The translations under genes and the position numbers were made by a program. This document shows positions 54,731 to 63,965 of a DNA stretch of 64,000 bases, piece after piece. Source of the DNA: a virus (taxonomy: Duplodnaviria > Caudoviricetes). Numbering within the stretch: position 1 is the first letter of the stretch; each line of letters starts with the position of its first letter. The stretch is from the IMG/VR virus record IMGVR_UViG_3300022752_000013. One strand, 5' to 3'. The notes below the pieces were generated by a model, which did not search any database, was not told the origin of the DNA, and saw only the letters and a program-made list of their open reading frames with translations.

Positions 54731-54957
54731 TTATAGATTGGAATGTAAAAAACGTCATTGGCGAATGCCAAAAGATGTACCGTGGTGCCAACGACCCTTA
54801 CATGACGGGTTATGTCAATTGGCCTTGCAAACAAGACTTGTATCGTGTAAAATTTGCTGTAGACGAGATGCTGAAAAAGACGTCAGGCTTTGCTGGTGAA
54901 GAGGAATGGCTTCGCGAACAAGAAGCAGAATGCATTGTCAACATACTTAAAAAATGA
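54727..54957 (+). CDS. hypothetical protein
   Basis: 76 aa coupled ORF. Confidence 0.65.
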   Translation: MIIDWNVKNVIGECQKMYRGANDPYMTGYVNWPCKQDLYRVKFAVDEMLKKTSGFAGEEEWLREQEAECIVNILKK

Positions 54958-55430
54958 TATTCAACCACATCAAACAACTCAAATCAGAAGGTAAGCGCAT
55001 TGGCATTACTTTCTCAACCTTTGACATGGGCCCACATGCAGGCCACATTGCCATGCTGAGTGAAGCCAAGAATCATTGTGACTATCTGATCTGTGGGTTA
55101 CAAACGGACCCAACTATCGATCGGCCAGACACCAAAAATCGCCCTATACAAAGTATTGTTGAGCGACAGATACAGTTGGCCGCATGCCGTTACGTTGATG
55201 AAGTTGTTGTATACCAAACCGAACAAGATCTTGTGGACTTGTTGCTGATCCTGCCAGTTGATGTTCGTGTGCTGGGTGTGGAATATCAACACCAAAACTT
55301 TTCTGGCTATGAGGAATGTGGCATGCGCGGGATTGAACTGGTGTTCAACGGCAGAGATCATTCGTTCTCCAGTTCAAGTTTACGTAAAAGAGTAGTGGCA
55401 GCAGAAACAATAAAGGCATTGAAGCAATGA
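54954..55430 (+). CDS. TagD-like glycerol-3-phosphate cytidylyltransferase family protein
   Basis: STFD..HAGH, LICGLQTD, ER...L.ACRYVDEV, SSSSLR. Confidence 0.85.
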   Translation: MIFNHIKQLKSEGKRIGITFSTFDMGPHAGHIAMLSEAKNHCDYLICGLQTDPTIDRPDTKNRPIQSIVERQIQLAACRYVDEVVVYQTEQDLVDLLLILPVDVRVLGVEYQHQNFSGYEECGMRGIELVFNGRDHSFSSSSLRKRVVAAETIKALKQ

Positions 55431-56350
55431 AAGAACTATGGGTAGAAAAGTATAGGCCAAAAACTGTAGATGGCTATGTGTTTGTGGACGATGCACAACG
55501 TGAACAAGTTGAGCAATGGATTCAAGATAAAAGTATTCCGCATCTGTTGTTGTCGGGTCCAGCAGGCACAGGCAAAACAACCTTGGCCAAACTGCTGATC
55601 AATCAACTGGGTGTGGATGAATATGATGTGATGTATGCCAATGGTTCCAAAGAAGGTCGTGTGATTGCCTGGGTAGACAAATTGATATCATTCTGTCAGA
55701 CCATGCCGTTTGGTGAATTAAAAATTGTGCTGGTAGATGAGGCTGATTATCTAGGAGTAAACACAGTTCAACCAGCACTTCGCAACTTGATGGAAGACTA
55801 TAGCCAAACTGTTCGTTTCATTCTCACTTGCAACTATCCATCAAAGATTATTCCACCTTTGCACTCACGTTGCCAAGGGTTTCACATTGCCAAAACTGAT
55901 CACACAGAGTTCACTGCCAGAGCCGCAACTGTGCTGGTCACAGAAGGTGTGGAGTTTGATCTTGATGTGCTGGACACCTATGTCAAGGCCACGTACCCAG
56001 ATCTACGCAAGTGCCTGAACTTGTTACAGCCCAACAGCCAGTCAGGACAATTGATTGCACCCAAGGCCGCGGACAAGAGCATGGGCGACTGGCGACTGGA
56101 GTGTGTGGACCTGTTCAAACAAGGCAGAGTTCGCGACGCAAGAACACTCATGTGTCAAAGTTCCACGCCGGAAGAAGCCAATGAAATATTCACATGGATG
56201 TACAACAACTTGGACTTGTTTGGAAAGACCCCTGAACAGCAGGATCAAGCCATTGTGATCATTCGTGATGGCATTGCTAAAATTCCTCTAGTGGCTGATC
56301 AAGAGATCAACTTGAGTGCTACCTTGATTGAACTTGGACAAATCAATTAA
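55427..56350 (+). CDS. sliding-clamp loader small subunit (RFC / T4 gp44-like)
   Basis: LWVEKYRP, GPAGTGKTT, VLVDEAD, LTCNY..IIPPLHSRC. Confidence 0.92.
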   Translation: MKELWVEKYRPKTVDGYVFVDDAQREQVEQWIQDKSIPHLLLSGPAGTGKTTLAKLLINQLGVDEYDVMYANGSKEGRVIAWVDKLISFCQTMPFGELKIVLVDEADYLGVNTVQPALRNLMEDYSQTVRFILTCNYPSKIIPPLHSRCQGFHIAKTDHTEFTARAATVLVTEGVEFDLDVLDTYVKATYPDLRKCLNLLQPNSQSGQLIAPKAADKSMGDWRLECVDLFKQGRVRDARTLMCQSSTPEEANEIFTWMYNNLDLFGKTPEQQDQAIVIIRDGIAKIPLVADQEINLSATLIELGQIN

Positions 56351-56903
56351 CAACTGTTATCAACCAGCATGGAACCATCGTGGTCAGACTGTACGTGCAT
56401 GGGGTAAAGATTCCACTGGGTTGATTGAATATCGATTTAATAATCAAGGGTATCGGCATAGTCAAAACTACAATTGGCCAGCAGATTGGGCATTTTTTGG
56501 CAACAGCATTGTGTTTGGAACTGGTGTTGCCGAATTGGATATATTGACATCACAGTTTGAACGCAGTCAAAATTATGGATTGTCGGGCAATTACATGAAT
56601 CATCACAGTGTGACCAACTTGTCAAATTTTGTTGAATCAACATGCTACACACCAACAACTCGTATTGTATTTTTTTGGATTGATCGAGATCAAGAAGATG
56701 TTGATGCACTGATTCAACAGGTCAAAATCCTGGCACCTGGTTGTTTGCATATCAGTTCTGGACAATCGCGATCCAAGGCTATCAATCTCATGCCATCGTG
56801 TGATCAAGATGTTTCAGGTACTCACCCAGGACCAAACACTCACAAGATCTGGGCCAAAACAATAAAATCGTTAAGTCATGCTCAAACAACTAATTGTAAT
56901 TGA
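56328..56903 (+). CDS. SGNH-like hypothetical protein
   Basis: YRFNNQGYR, FFGNSIVFG, terminal HP. Confidence 0.5.
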   Translation: MNLDKSINNCYQPAWNHRGQTVRAWGKDSTGLIEYRFNNQGYRHSQNYNWPADWAFFGNSIVFGTGVAELDILTSQFERSQNYGLSGNYMNHHSVTNLSNFVESTCYTPTTRIVFFWIDRDQEDVDALIQQVKILAPGCLHISSGQSRSKAINLMPSCDQDVSGTHPGPNTHKIWAKTIKSLSHAQTTNCN

Positions 56904-57591
56904 TTATCAGGAAGGTGCAGGCGGGGAATTCATAGCCAGTTGGTTGTCTGCACATTTTGGACAACAGTTAGAAATCAACACACAGGATGATCCTAACTAT
57001 TTGCAAAAATGGTTGAATTCTCACAGTTTAATCACGCCTGATTGGCAAATAAACTTTACTGAATATTTGTTGAATTTTAACAATCTCTGCAGTGAACACA
57101 ATATTCAACACATCTGTATTCCTTATCATTTGTATAAATGGCCCGAACATGTAGACATATTAAAAAAAATCAATCAGGCAAGATTTATACGCATCAACTG
57201 TGAAGGGTATGAATTTCAAATTGCTGAAGATTTCAAAAGAAAAATACTTGATCGTGTGTTGGGGCCCAACGACTTTGCTGAAATTAAGTTCATGCTAGGC
57301 AACCAAGGCAAAGAAAAACGCAAACATTGTTTGAATTTGTTCAAACAAGGAAAATTAACCTATAGTGAACTTGTTCCAACTACATCAAGCGCCGAATCAA
57401 AGCATTTGCCCAGCGCAGATTTAGAAATAATGTATGGAGATTTTTTTGTTGATTTTACCGGGACTCTGGCAGCATACAAACAACTGTGCAATCAATTGGA
57501 AATATCACCCAATCTTGTGTTGTTGGACGCACTTGTTGATCGTAACAGAAAAAATTTACAACACCATCAAAAGCATTTAAGTACAGCATGA
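56878..57591 (+). CDS. sulfotransferase-like P-loop hypothetical protein
   Basis: N-terminal YQEGAGGEFI; late YGDFF. Confidence 0.4.
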   Translation: MLKQLIVIDYQEGAGGEFIASWLSAHFGQQLEINTQDDPNYLQKWLNSHSLITPDWQINFTEYLLNFNNLCSEHNIQHICIPYHLYKWPEHVDILKKINQARFIRINCEGYEFQIAEDFKRKILDRVLGPNDFAEIKFMLGNQGKEKRKHCLNLFKQGKLTYSELVPTTSSAESKHLPSADLEIMYGDFFVDFTGTLAAYKQLCNQLEISPNLVLLDALVDRNRKNLQHHQKHLSTA

Positions 57592-57896
57592 GATATCTAT
57601 TAATTACCTACTATAAAAAACCCAATGGCCAAATTGACGAAAGCACCGCAATCAGCCGAAATCTAAAAAAGCGAGACATTCAAACTTGCAATGTAATACT
57701 TGACTTTCGCACCCTTTCTGTAGTAAAATGTAGCATGGTTGGTACAGTGGTTCCTAGAGATTGGGACCGAATTGTTTCCTACTACAATCAATATTATGAA
57801 AACATTATTGAACGCTTACTAAAAGAGAACGGATACGAAATTGTCAAACCTGAAGAAACCCCAGAAGTACAACCCCAAACAGTTGATCCTAGTTGA
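57588..57896 (+). CDS. hypothetical protein
   Basis: 102 aa coupled ORF. Confidence 0.75.
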   Translation: MRYLLITYYKKPNGQIDESTAISRNLKKRDIQTCNVILDFRTLSVVKCSMVGTVVPRDWDRIVSYYNQYYENIIERLLKENGYEIVKPEETPEVQPQTVDPS

Positions 57897-58455
57897 TGCC
57901 GACGGCGTTATCTTAGATTGGGAATATGCCTTCTCAGTCTGGATGGAAGAGCATGGCTTTGTGAGAACTGAAGGCAGTCAGTTCATGTATGATATAGGAC
58001 AACGCTACGGAATTGACCATGAACAAGGTCGCAAGTTGATTAAGATTTTTAACGAATCGGCTGCCATTGGTTTTTTGCCTCCATTACGTGATGCCATGTA
58101 TTATGTCAAACGCTTGCACGAAGAACACGGTTACGTATTTCACTGTATTACCAGTCTAAGTCTTGATGCCAACGCCGGCAAACTGAGAGAAATGAATCTA
58201 CGTAAGTTATTTGGAAAAACTGCATTTGAACGCATTGTGTGTTTGGACACCGGTGCAGACAAGAATGATGCATTGAGTGAGTATCAGAATTCTGGTTGTC
58301 ACTGGATTGAAGACAAACCGGAAAATGCTGAAGTTGGACTAGATTTAGGTTTACGTAGCATCCTGATGGAGCATGGGCATAATATGAATCATGTCAACGA
58401 ACAAATTCCGGTAGTCAAAAACTGGCGAGAAATTTACGAAATCGTCACCTCCTAA
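57841..58455 (+). CDS. HAD-family 5'(3')-deoxyribonucleotidase-like phosphatase
   Basis: LVDADGV (DxDG), CITS, K, WIEDK. Confidence 0.85.
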   Translation: MSNLKKPQKYNPKQLILVDADGVILDWEYAFSVWMEEHGFVRTEGSQFMYDIGQRYGIDHEQGRKLIKIFNESAAIGFLPPLRDAMYYVKRLHEEHGYVFHCITSLSLDANAGKLREMNLRKLFGKTAFERIVCLDTGADKNDALSEYQNSGCHWIEDKPENAEVGLDLGLRSILMEHGHNMNHVNEQIPVVKNWREIYEIVTS

Positions 58456-59186
58456 TCTTCGTACAATCTCAGCACTGAGCCAATTATAGGGTGACGCTGG
58501 ATATCTTTTCCGGTCAGTCTGCACACAGCCATACCTGCCACGGGCCGTGCCTCTAATTTGATACACAGATCCAACAGTCCATTGTTGTGCTCTTTGCGAT
58601 CTGCTTGTTCCACATCTCCAGTTACCACAATCTTGCTGCCGGTGCCGATGCGGCTCAGGAGCATTTTCATTTGTGCGGGAGTAGCGTTTTGCATTTCATC
58701 TGCAATGATCCAGGCATGCTTGAACGTGCGTCCACGCATGTAGGCCAAGGGTGAAATTTCAATGTTGCCTTCTTCGATCATGGCAGTGATCTCAGCGGGC
58801 CGGTAATACTCACGCAGTACATCAAGCAAGGGTCTTGTCCAGGGTTCCATTTTGGCCACTAGATTGCCGGGTAAGAAGCCATGTTGTTCATCCTCCACGC
58901 CGATGGCGGGACGAGTTAGAACGATACGCTTGGCTTCGCCGCTTCTGAAGGCTTTGACCGCTGCCAGCATGGCTAGATAGGTTTTACCAGTTCCTGCTGG
59001 CCCTGCTGTTACAATGATGTGTTGGTCTGCGTCGAGTAGATTTAGTATGAGATGCTCTTGGTTTCGTGTTTTGGGTATTAGTTCTATGGGTCGTTGTCGT
59101 GCCTTTGGTTGTGTGTTAAACGGAATTGTGTTTTCAATGTTTGTTTGCATACGTTGTTGCGCCTTAGCGCCTCTGTTTCTACTCAA
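58452..59186 (-). CDS. phoH: PhoH-like ATPase
   Basis: GPAGTGKT, LTRP, GFLPG, LAYMRGRT, IADEMQN, VTGDVEQ. Confidence 0.95.
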   Translation of the reverse strand: MSRNRGAKAQQRMQTNIENTIPFNTQPKARQRPIELIPKTRNQEHLILNLLDADQHIIVTAGPAGTGKTYLAMLAAVKAFRSGEAKRIVLTRPAIGVEDEQHGFLPGNLVAKMEPWTRPLLDVLREYYRPAEITAMIEEGNIEISPLAYMRGRTFKHAWIIADEMQNATPAQMKMLLSRIGTGSKIVVTGDVEQADRKEHNNGLLDLCIKLEARPVAGMAVCRLTGKDIQRHPIIGSVLRLYED

Positions 59187-59195
59187 GTGCGATTC

Positions 59196-59233
59196 TCCTT
59201 TTGAAACAGCCGGTCTGGCTGTGTGAATATTTA
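59196..59233 (-). promoter_or_regulatory. late-type TAAATA plus 5'-UTR hairpin before phoH
   Basis: Minus strand TAAATA (59228-59233), then ACAGCC-AGACC-GGCTGT, then RBS AGGAG. Confidence 0.5.
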
Positions 59234-59349
59234 GGTGAGTTAGCCCGGAGTTTTCTGACCATGTATTTCAGATATTTCTAGCATAAGTATTCCACTGTCC
59301 GGAGCAAATTTAAACAAACCCGGAATTGATGTTTGCCATAAATATCTGC

Positions 59350-59958
59350 ATGGCACTCAAAGACGAAGCAATTTTTAAAGATCATCAGGATTACTGGATG
59401 GTGGCTGACAACATCCGCGATATCTATCTATCAGAAGGCAGTTTGCTTACTCTCCTGGATTTTGAGCGTGTGCTGGACGAAATGGACTTGTATGCATTCA
59501 AAAACTGGGACCGCGGTGAACTGGTACAAGGTCCCGACATTGGCAAGTACAAAGTGGGCTGTATCTTTATGTGGCCGGAAAAACTCATGCCTGATCCACG
59601 TGGCGCACGTCGACTGCTGCCGTTTGATTGCGATGTCAAGTTCAAAAAAACCACTATCAAAATACCCATCAAAGTGGAGCAACCTGCAGACTACATGGCT
59701 GGTACGCACACCGCTCGCTTGGTGGACAAACATGTATGGCTGGTGGAAATTGTCATGCCCAAGGCCTTGATTTCAGACATCCGCACAGGATCAATTGAGT
59801 TGGAAGACGAGGAAATTGATCTAGAAGATTTGGATTCAGCCTATCAAGAAGATCTTGATGGAGAACAATATCAAAATGACCAGAGCGCAGAAAATGCACA
59901 ACAATCACTACAACAACCAGGAGCACCAATTGCAGCCGCACCGCCAGTCGCTTCTTGA
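59350..59958 (+). CDS. hypothetical late protein
   Basis: TAAATA at 59339-59344; acidic C-terminus. Confidence 0.75.
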   Translation: MALKDEAIFKDHQDYWMVADNIRDIYLSEGSLLTLLDFERVLDEMDLYAFKNWDRGELVQGPDIGKYKVGCIFMWPEKLMPDPRGARRLLPFDCDVKFKKTTIKIPIKVEQPADYMAGTHTARLVDKHVWLVEIVMPKALISDIRTGSIELEDEEIDLEDLDSAYQEDLDGEQYQNDQSAENAQQSLQQPGAPIAAAPPVAS

Positions 59959-60478
59959 AGGTCTTGGCTACAAAGACCTTGAGGGCATACTCAAGCCCAC
60001 TATTCACATTGATGAATTCTCATCCAAAATGGGTGACGATGATGACATCATTGTTGTGAGTTTCTTTGCCCGTGACAAAGCCGCTGCCAAGGACCTGATG
60101 AATTGGTTTGAAAAAGGCTATGACTTTGTGCTGGACGCTGATCAAAGCCCTGGCGAAATCAAACCCAATAGATATCTGGTTTACGTGGAAATGCGACGTC
60201 GCAGAGCCGCTCCTGAGCAGATCAACGAACTCTTGGAAGACCTGGCTACACTAACAGAGTTTGAACCTGAAGACTGGACCATGGTCTACAAGGAAAAGAC
60301 ACACCCTTGGAGTACTGAAGAATTTGCTCGCTTGGTGCCACTCAGTCCAAGAGAGTATCGCGAGCGCACAGAGCGCGATCTCAACGAATGGCGCACGGCC
60401 GCAGGTTTGCCTGTGAAGGCCACTTACGATCGAGATGATGCTATTCGCACGATACAATCCGCCGCAGGTATCCTATGA
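59894..60478 (+). CDS. hypothetical protein
   Basis: LLE-GL..IHIDEFSSKMG; start overlaps the upstream gene. Confidence 0.7.
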   Translation: MHNNHYNNQEHQLQPHRQSLLEGLGYKDLEGILKPTIHIDEFSSKMGDDDDIIVVSFFARDKAAAKDLMNWFEKGYDFVLDADQSPGEIKPNRYLVYVEMRRRRAAPEQINELLEDLATLTEFEPEDWTMVYKEKTHPWSTEEFARLVPLSPREYRERTERDLNEWRTAAGLPVKATYDRDDAIRTIQSAAGIL

Positions 60479-61389
60479 GACTGAGAGAATTTGCACCCTC
60501 AGGTGGCGGAGATTCAGGCAACTACTTCCAAGCCCTGGCCTCGGCCTGGTACAATGGTACCTTTGACACAGGTAGTCTGCAAAAAGGTATCAAGAGTCAA
60601 CAAGATGTTGAACGTTTACTAAATCGCGGCATTGTTTGTCCTGATGGTAAAACACGTAAACTGCATATTGATTACAATGGTGACTTTGACGGTGTGGAAA
60701 TCTACAGTGATGACTACTATGAATATGGTGATCACGATGACACTATAGACAGTCGCACAGGACAAAAGTGGGGACCATATGATTTTATGGCCTTTTCAGA
60801 TGAGGACTTGAGCGAAGGCCTAAATGAATTTGCAGCCGATGATGGTGACAGTGGCGGTGAAGACGATGCCTTACATAACTACGCTAGAATGTGGTGGGCC
60901 GGAGACGAAGCAACACAAATGCAAATTGAAGCCGCACTGGCAAAAATGGGCTGGGAAATTGGCGAAGACGAAGGCGGCTACGACAACGGTGGCGTGTTTG
61001 TGATACGTGCTGGTGACATCAATGGCGATAGTTACGTCTCATGGGCCGCAGAAGATTTAACAGAAGGTGTATGGGACAATATTAAAAAGTCTTTTACTCC
61101 TGACCCTAATTGGCAAAAACGTGCTGGCCAAGCGGCAGGACACGTGGCACAGGGTGCTGTGGCCGGAGGAGCACACGGCCATGCTGTGGGCCATGCTATG
61201 GCAGATACCGGAGTACACGAAGGCGACTTGAATGAAAAGTCCACAAGCCAAGCACAGTTCCGCACAATGGCAGCGGCTGCGCACAATCCCGAGTTTGCTC
61301 GCAAAGTAGGCATCAAACAATCAGTAGCACGAGAGTTTAATCGCGCTGACAAGAAATCCAACTACAAAGCATTGCCCAAAAAGGCCTAA
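60475..61389 (+). CDS. modular putative internal head polyprotein
   Basis: Modules separated by LRE, LSE/LNE, LTE and LNE; two modules begin EFA..GG. Confidence 0.65.
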   Translation: MRLREFAPSGGGDSGNYFQALASAWYNGTFDTGSLQKGIKSQQDVERLLNRGIVCPDGKTRKLHIDYNGDFDGVEIYSDDYYEYGDHDDTIDSRTGQKWGPYDFMAFSDEDLSEGLNEFAADDGDSGGEDDALHNYARMWWAGDEATQMQIEAALAKMGWEIGEDEGGYDNGGVFVIRAGDINGDSYVSWAAEDLTEGVWDNIKKSFTPDPNWQKRAGQAAGHVAQGAVAGGAHGHAVGHAMADTGVHEGDLNEKSTSQAQFRTMAAAAHNPEFARKVGIKQSVAREFNRADKKSNYKALPKKA

Positions 61390-61397
61390 GGTACCCA

Positions 61398-61826
61398 ATG
61401 AGACAGTACATCAATCTTGTGGAAGCGGTGCAAAAGGGCTGTCCTATTGCCACGCATGATATCACCTTAAATCTTAAAAATCGCCAAACAGCCATTGACG
61501 ACTATCACTACGGCCCGGCTAATCCACTAGAGCCAGGCGACTATTGGGCAGGTGCTGCCAAGCGTTGGGCGGTGCCAGAAAAAACTGTAAAGACCATGCT
61601 TTGCGGCAACTGTGCGGCGTTTGATGCCAGTGACAGTATGCGCAAGTGTATCGAGTCAGGAATCCAAGGCGATGAAAAACATGCAGACGCTGTGGCCACA
61701 ATAAACTTGAGTGATCTTGGCTACTGCAATTTTCTACACTTTAAATGTGCTGGAACCAGAACCTGTGCGGGCTGGGTAGTAGGCGGTCCTATCACTGAAA
61801 AAGATCGCGGGCAAAAGGCCAACTAA
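61398..61826 (+). CDS. Cys-rich protein with leader MRQYINLVE
   Basis: CGNCAAF, GYC..LHFKC..RTC. Confidence 0.7.
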   Translation: MRQYINLVEAVQKGCPIATHDITLNLKNRQTAIDDYHYGPANPLEPGDYWAGAAKRWAVPEKTVKTMLCGNCAAFDASDSMRKCIESGIQGDEKHADAVATINLSDLGYCNFLHFKCAGTRTCAGWVVGGPITEKDRGQKAN

Positions 61827-62576
61827 ATGAATCTGGGTGATATCTTTGAATCCAGCGGCCCTAGTTTAGAGGGCAGTTACACGCCGGATCTGGTGTTCAG
61901 CAAACTGTGGCTGGCCCGTGAACTCAAATTGATACTGGAACAACAGGGCGTTGAATCAGTACCTGTTGCTTACATACTGGGCTCTTGGTACAGCAATCTC
62001 AGCACAATCCTACGCAGAACAGGCGTGCCTATTGATCGAATTGTGGATGTAGAACAACGAGGCGAATGGTTGCGTACTGGTCAGCAATTGCAACAAGATA
62101 TGAATATTTCAGGTGTGGAACACATGCAGGCTGATGTCAATGAACTAGACTACAGACAACTTGAACAGCCCGGACTAGTCATAAACACCAGCATCAACGA
62201 CATTGCTGACCACGGATGGTTTGATAATATTCCTGACGGCACCCTGGTGATCATGCAAGGACGAGATGCTGTGGAACAAAACGCATACGAATCTCCTGAA
62301 GAACTGTTACAGGCATATCCATTAGAATCAGTACTGTATTCAGGCACATGGGACCTGGAAGATCCTGAAACTGAGTATCAACGCTCAATGGTCATTGGCA
62401 TCAAAGGACGTGAGCAATTGAGTGAATTACAGTTCCTGGGCTCAACCTGTACCAAGGACTGCTCAGGACATCGTGCTGGCTACAATTGGAGCAAGCGCAA
62501 AGGTTTGGTTCAGGCCAACAGTCCCTGGAGTCCCAGTTTCAACAAAGGCGCCGCACTGGCAGTGGCTGGAAAATAA
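61827..62576 (+). CDS. methyltransferase-like domain plus C-terminal CTKDCSGH module
   Basis: YILGSWY..VDVE..ADVN..VINTS; LSE precedes CTKDCSGHRAGY. Confidence 0.55.
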   Translation: MNLGDIFESSGPSLEGSYTPDLVFSKLWLARELKLILEQQGVESVPVAYILGSWYSNLSTILRRTGVPIDRIVDVEQRGEWLRTGQQLQQDMNISGVEHMQADVNELDYRQLEQPGLVINTSINDIADHGWFDNIPDGTLVIMQGRDAVEQNAYESPEELLQAYPLESVLYSGTWDLEDPETEYQRSMVIGIKGREQLSELQFLGSTCTKDCSGHRAGYNWSKRKGLVQANSPWSPSFNKGAALAVAGK

Positions 62577-62610
62577 ACTACACATATAATTCACAATATA
62601 TAACTGCACT

Positions 62611-63255
62611 ATGAAGTTGAAAAGTTTCGGGTGCAGTTTTATTTTTGGCAGTGATCTTTCTGACATTACCACCAAATCAAAAAAATACAGTCAATTGACA
62701 TGGCCGGCCATAATTGCCCAACGTCAAGGATTGGAGTATCAGTGTTATGCCAGGCCAGGATCGGGCAATTTACAAATACTAAACAACATACTGGATCAGG
62801 TGGCACAACACAGCAGTGATGTTTATGTAATCAATTGGACTTTTGTAAATCGTTGGGACTATATGTATGCTGGCAACAATCAATGGCATTCTGTCTTGCC
62901 TTGGGATCAACATGAGCGAGCAGAATTTTATTATCGACACTTCCAAGCAGAATACACAGACAAATTAAACAATTTAATTTGGATTGATTGTGCTGTGCAA
63001 GCACTACAGTCCGTGGGAGCAAAGTTTTGCATGACTTACATGGACGAATTATTGCTGGATTCAAGATGGAACATCAGTCCAGGCATTGCACAATTACAAC
63101 AAAAAATTGCGCCACACTTGCATTTGTTTGACGGTGCAAACTTTGTGGCCTGGAGTCAACGCAATGGGCATGCTATTAGTACAGAATATCATCATCCATT
63201 GGAACAGGCACATTCTGCAGCCGCCAACTACCTGCAAAATCACAGTTTGGTATAG
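62611..63255 (+). CDS. SGNH-hydrolase-like protein
   Basis: SFGCSF, GSGN, INWT, terminal HP..AH. Confidence 0.55.
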   Translation: MKLKSFGCSFIFGSDLSDITTKSKKYSQLTWPAIIAQRQGLEYQCYARPGSGNLQILNNILDQVAQHSSDVYVINWTFVNRWDYMYAGNNQWHSVLPWDQHERAEFYYRHFQAEYTDKLNNLIWIDCAVQALQSVGAKFCMTYMDELLLDSRWNISPGIAQLQQKIAPHLHLFDGANFVAWSQRNGHAISTEYHHPLEQAHSAAANYLQNHSLV

Positions 63256-63965
63256 ACAAAATACAATCGATCATTGGCATCCTTTTTGTAGGTATCCAAA
63301 TGTAAATTGTACTGCTCAGCAAATTCATTTACTACTTCAAATGTCCAGGGGAATATTTCCACATAAGGTCCTGTTTTGTGTGTGATACCAGGATTGGCAC
63401 GTAAGTAAAATTTTCCACCCTGTTTCAACAAACTCACACAGTGTGCAAAACGTTGCTCAATTTCGTCTCGACTATTAAAGTTGATTGATCCCAGCGCAAT
63501 AATAACATCGTATTGATGCTTGACTCGGTACTCTAAGATATCAACTTCATAATCTGCACAGTTATTGTAAGGGTCAATTCCAACAATGTTCTGTATGCGC
63601 CCTTTGAATGGGTGATAGCCACAGCCCACGTCCAACACACGCTCAGGATTTAATTTGTTGATCTCATCAGCAAGTTCCCAACCTGTGTGTTCATAGTCGC
63701 CTGTGCGTGGCTTCCATATTTCACTGAAGAAACGTAGAATATAACGTTCTGAAAGATCGTCTACTATGCTTCGTAATGTACCCACATAATCGCAAGGCAA
63801 CGATAACTCTGCTTCCACAGCGTCCTTGAACTTTGAATAACGTGCTGGGGTCCAGGGCAGGTCTTGTACAACAGTATCAGCATCAATAGAAATATTTGCA
63901 TACTTGGGTAAATTAAACGCTAGTTGCAAATTTTTTGTTAAGAGGTTAAAAATTTTGGTGTTCAT
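63240..63965 (-). CDS. class I SAM-dependent methyltransferase with N-terminal extension
   Basis: VLDVGCG, GIDP, YDVIIALGSINF. Confidence 0.8.
   Translation of the reverse strand: MNTKIFNLLTKNLQLAFNLPKYANISIDADTVVQDLPWTPARYSKFKDAVEAELSLPCDYVGTLRSIVDDLSERYILRFFSEIWKPRTGDYEHTGWELADEINKLNPERVLDVGCGYHPFKGRIQNIVGIDPYNNCADYEVDILEYRVKHQYDVIIALGSINFNSRDEIEQRFAHCVSLLKQGGKFYLRANPGITHKTGPYVEIFPWTFEVVNEFAEQYNLHLDTYKKDANDRLYFVYTKL

Noticed and set aside
54954-55430. NMN adenylyltransferase partner for NadE (NARP-like)
   Set aside because: Motifs (GLQTD, RYVDEV, SSSSLR) fit TagD-type cytidylyltransferases better than NadD/NadM.
59186-59350. Pho box upstream of phoH
   Set aside because: No tandem CTGTCAT-like 11-bp repeats were seen on either strand.
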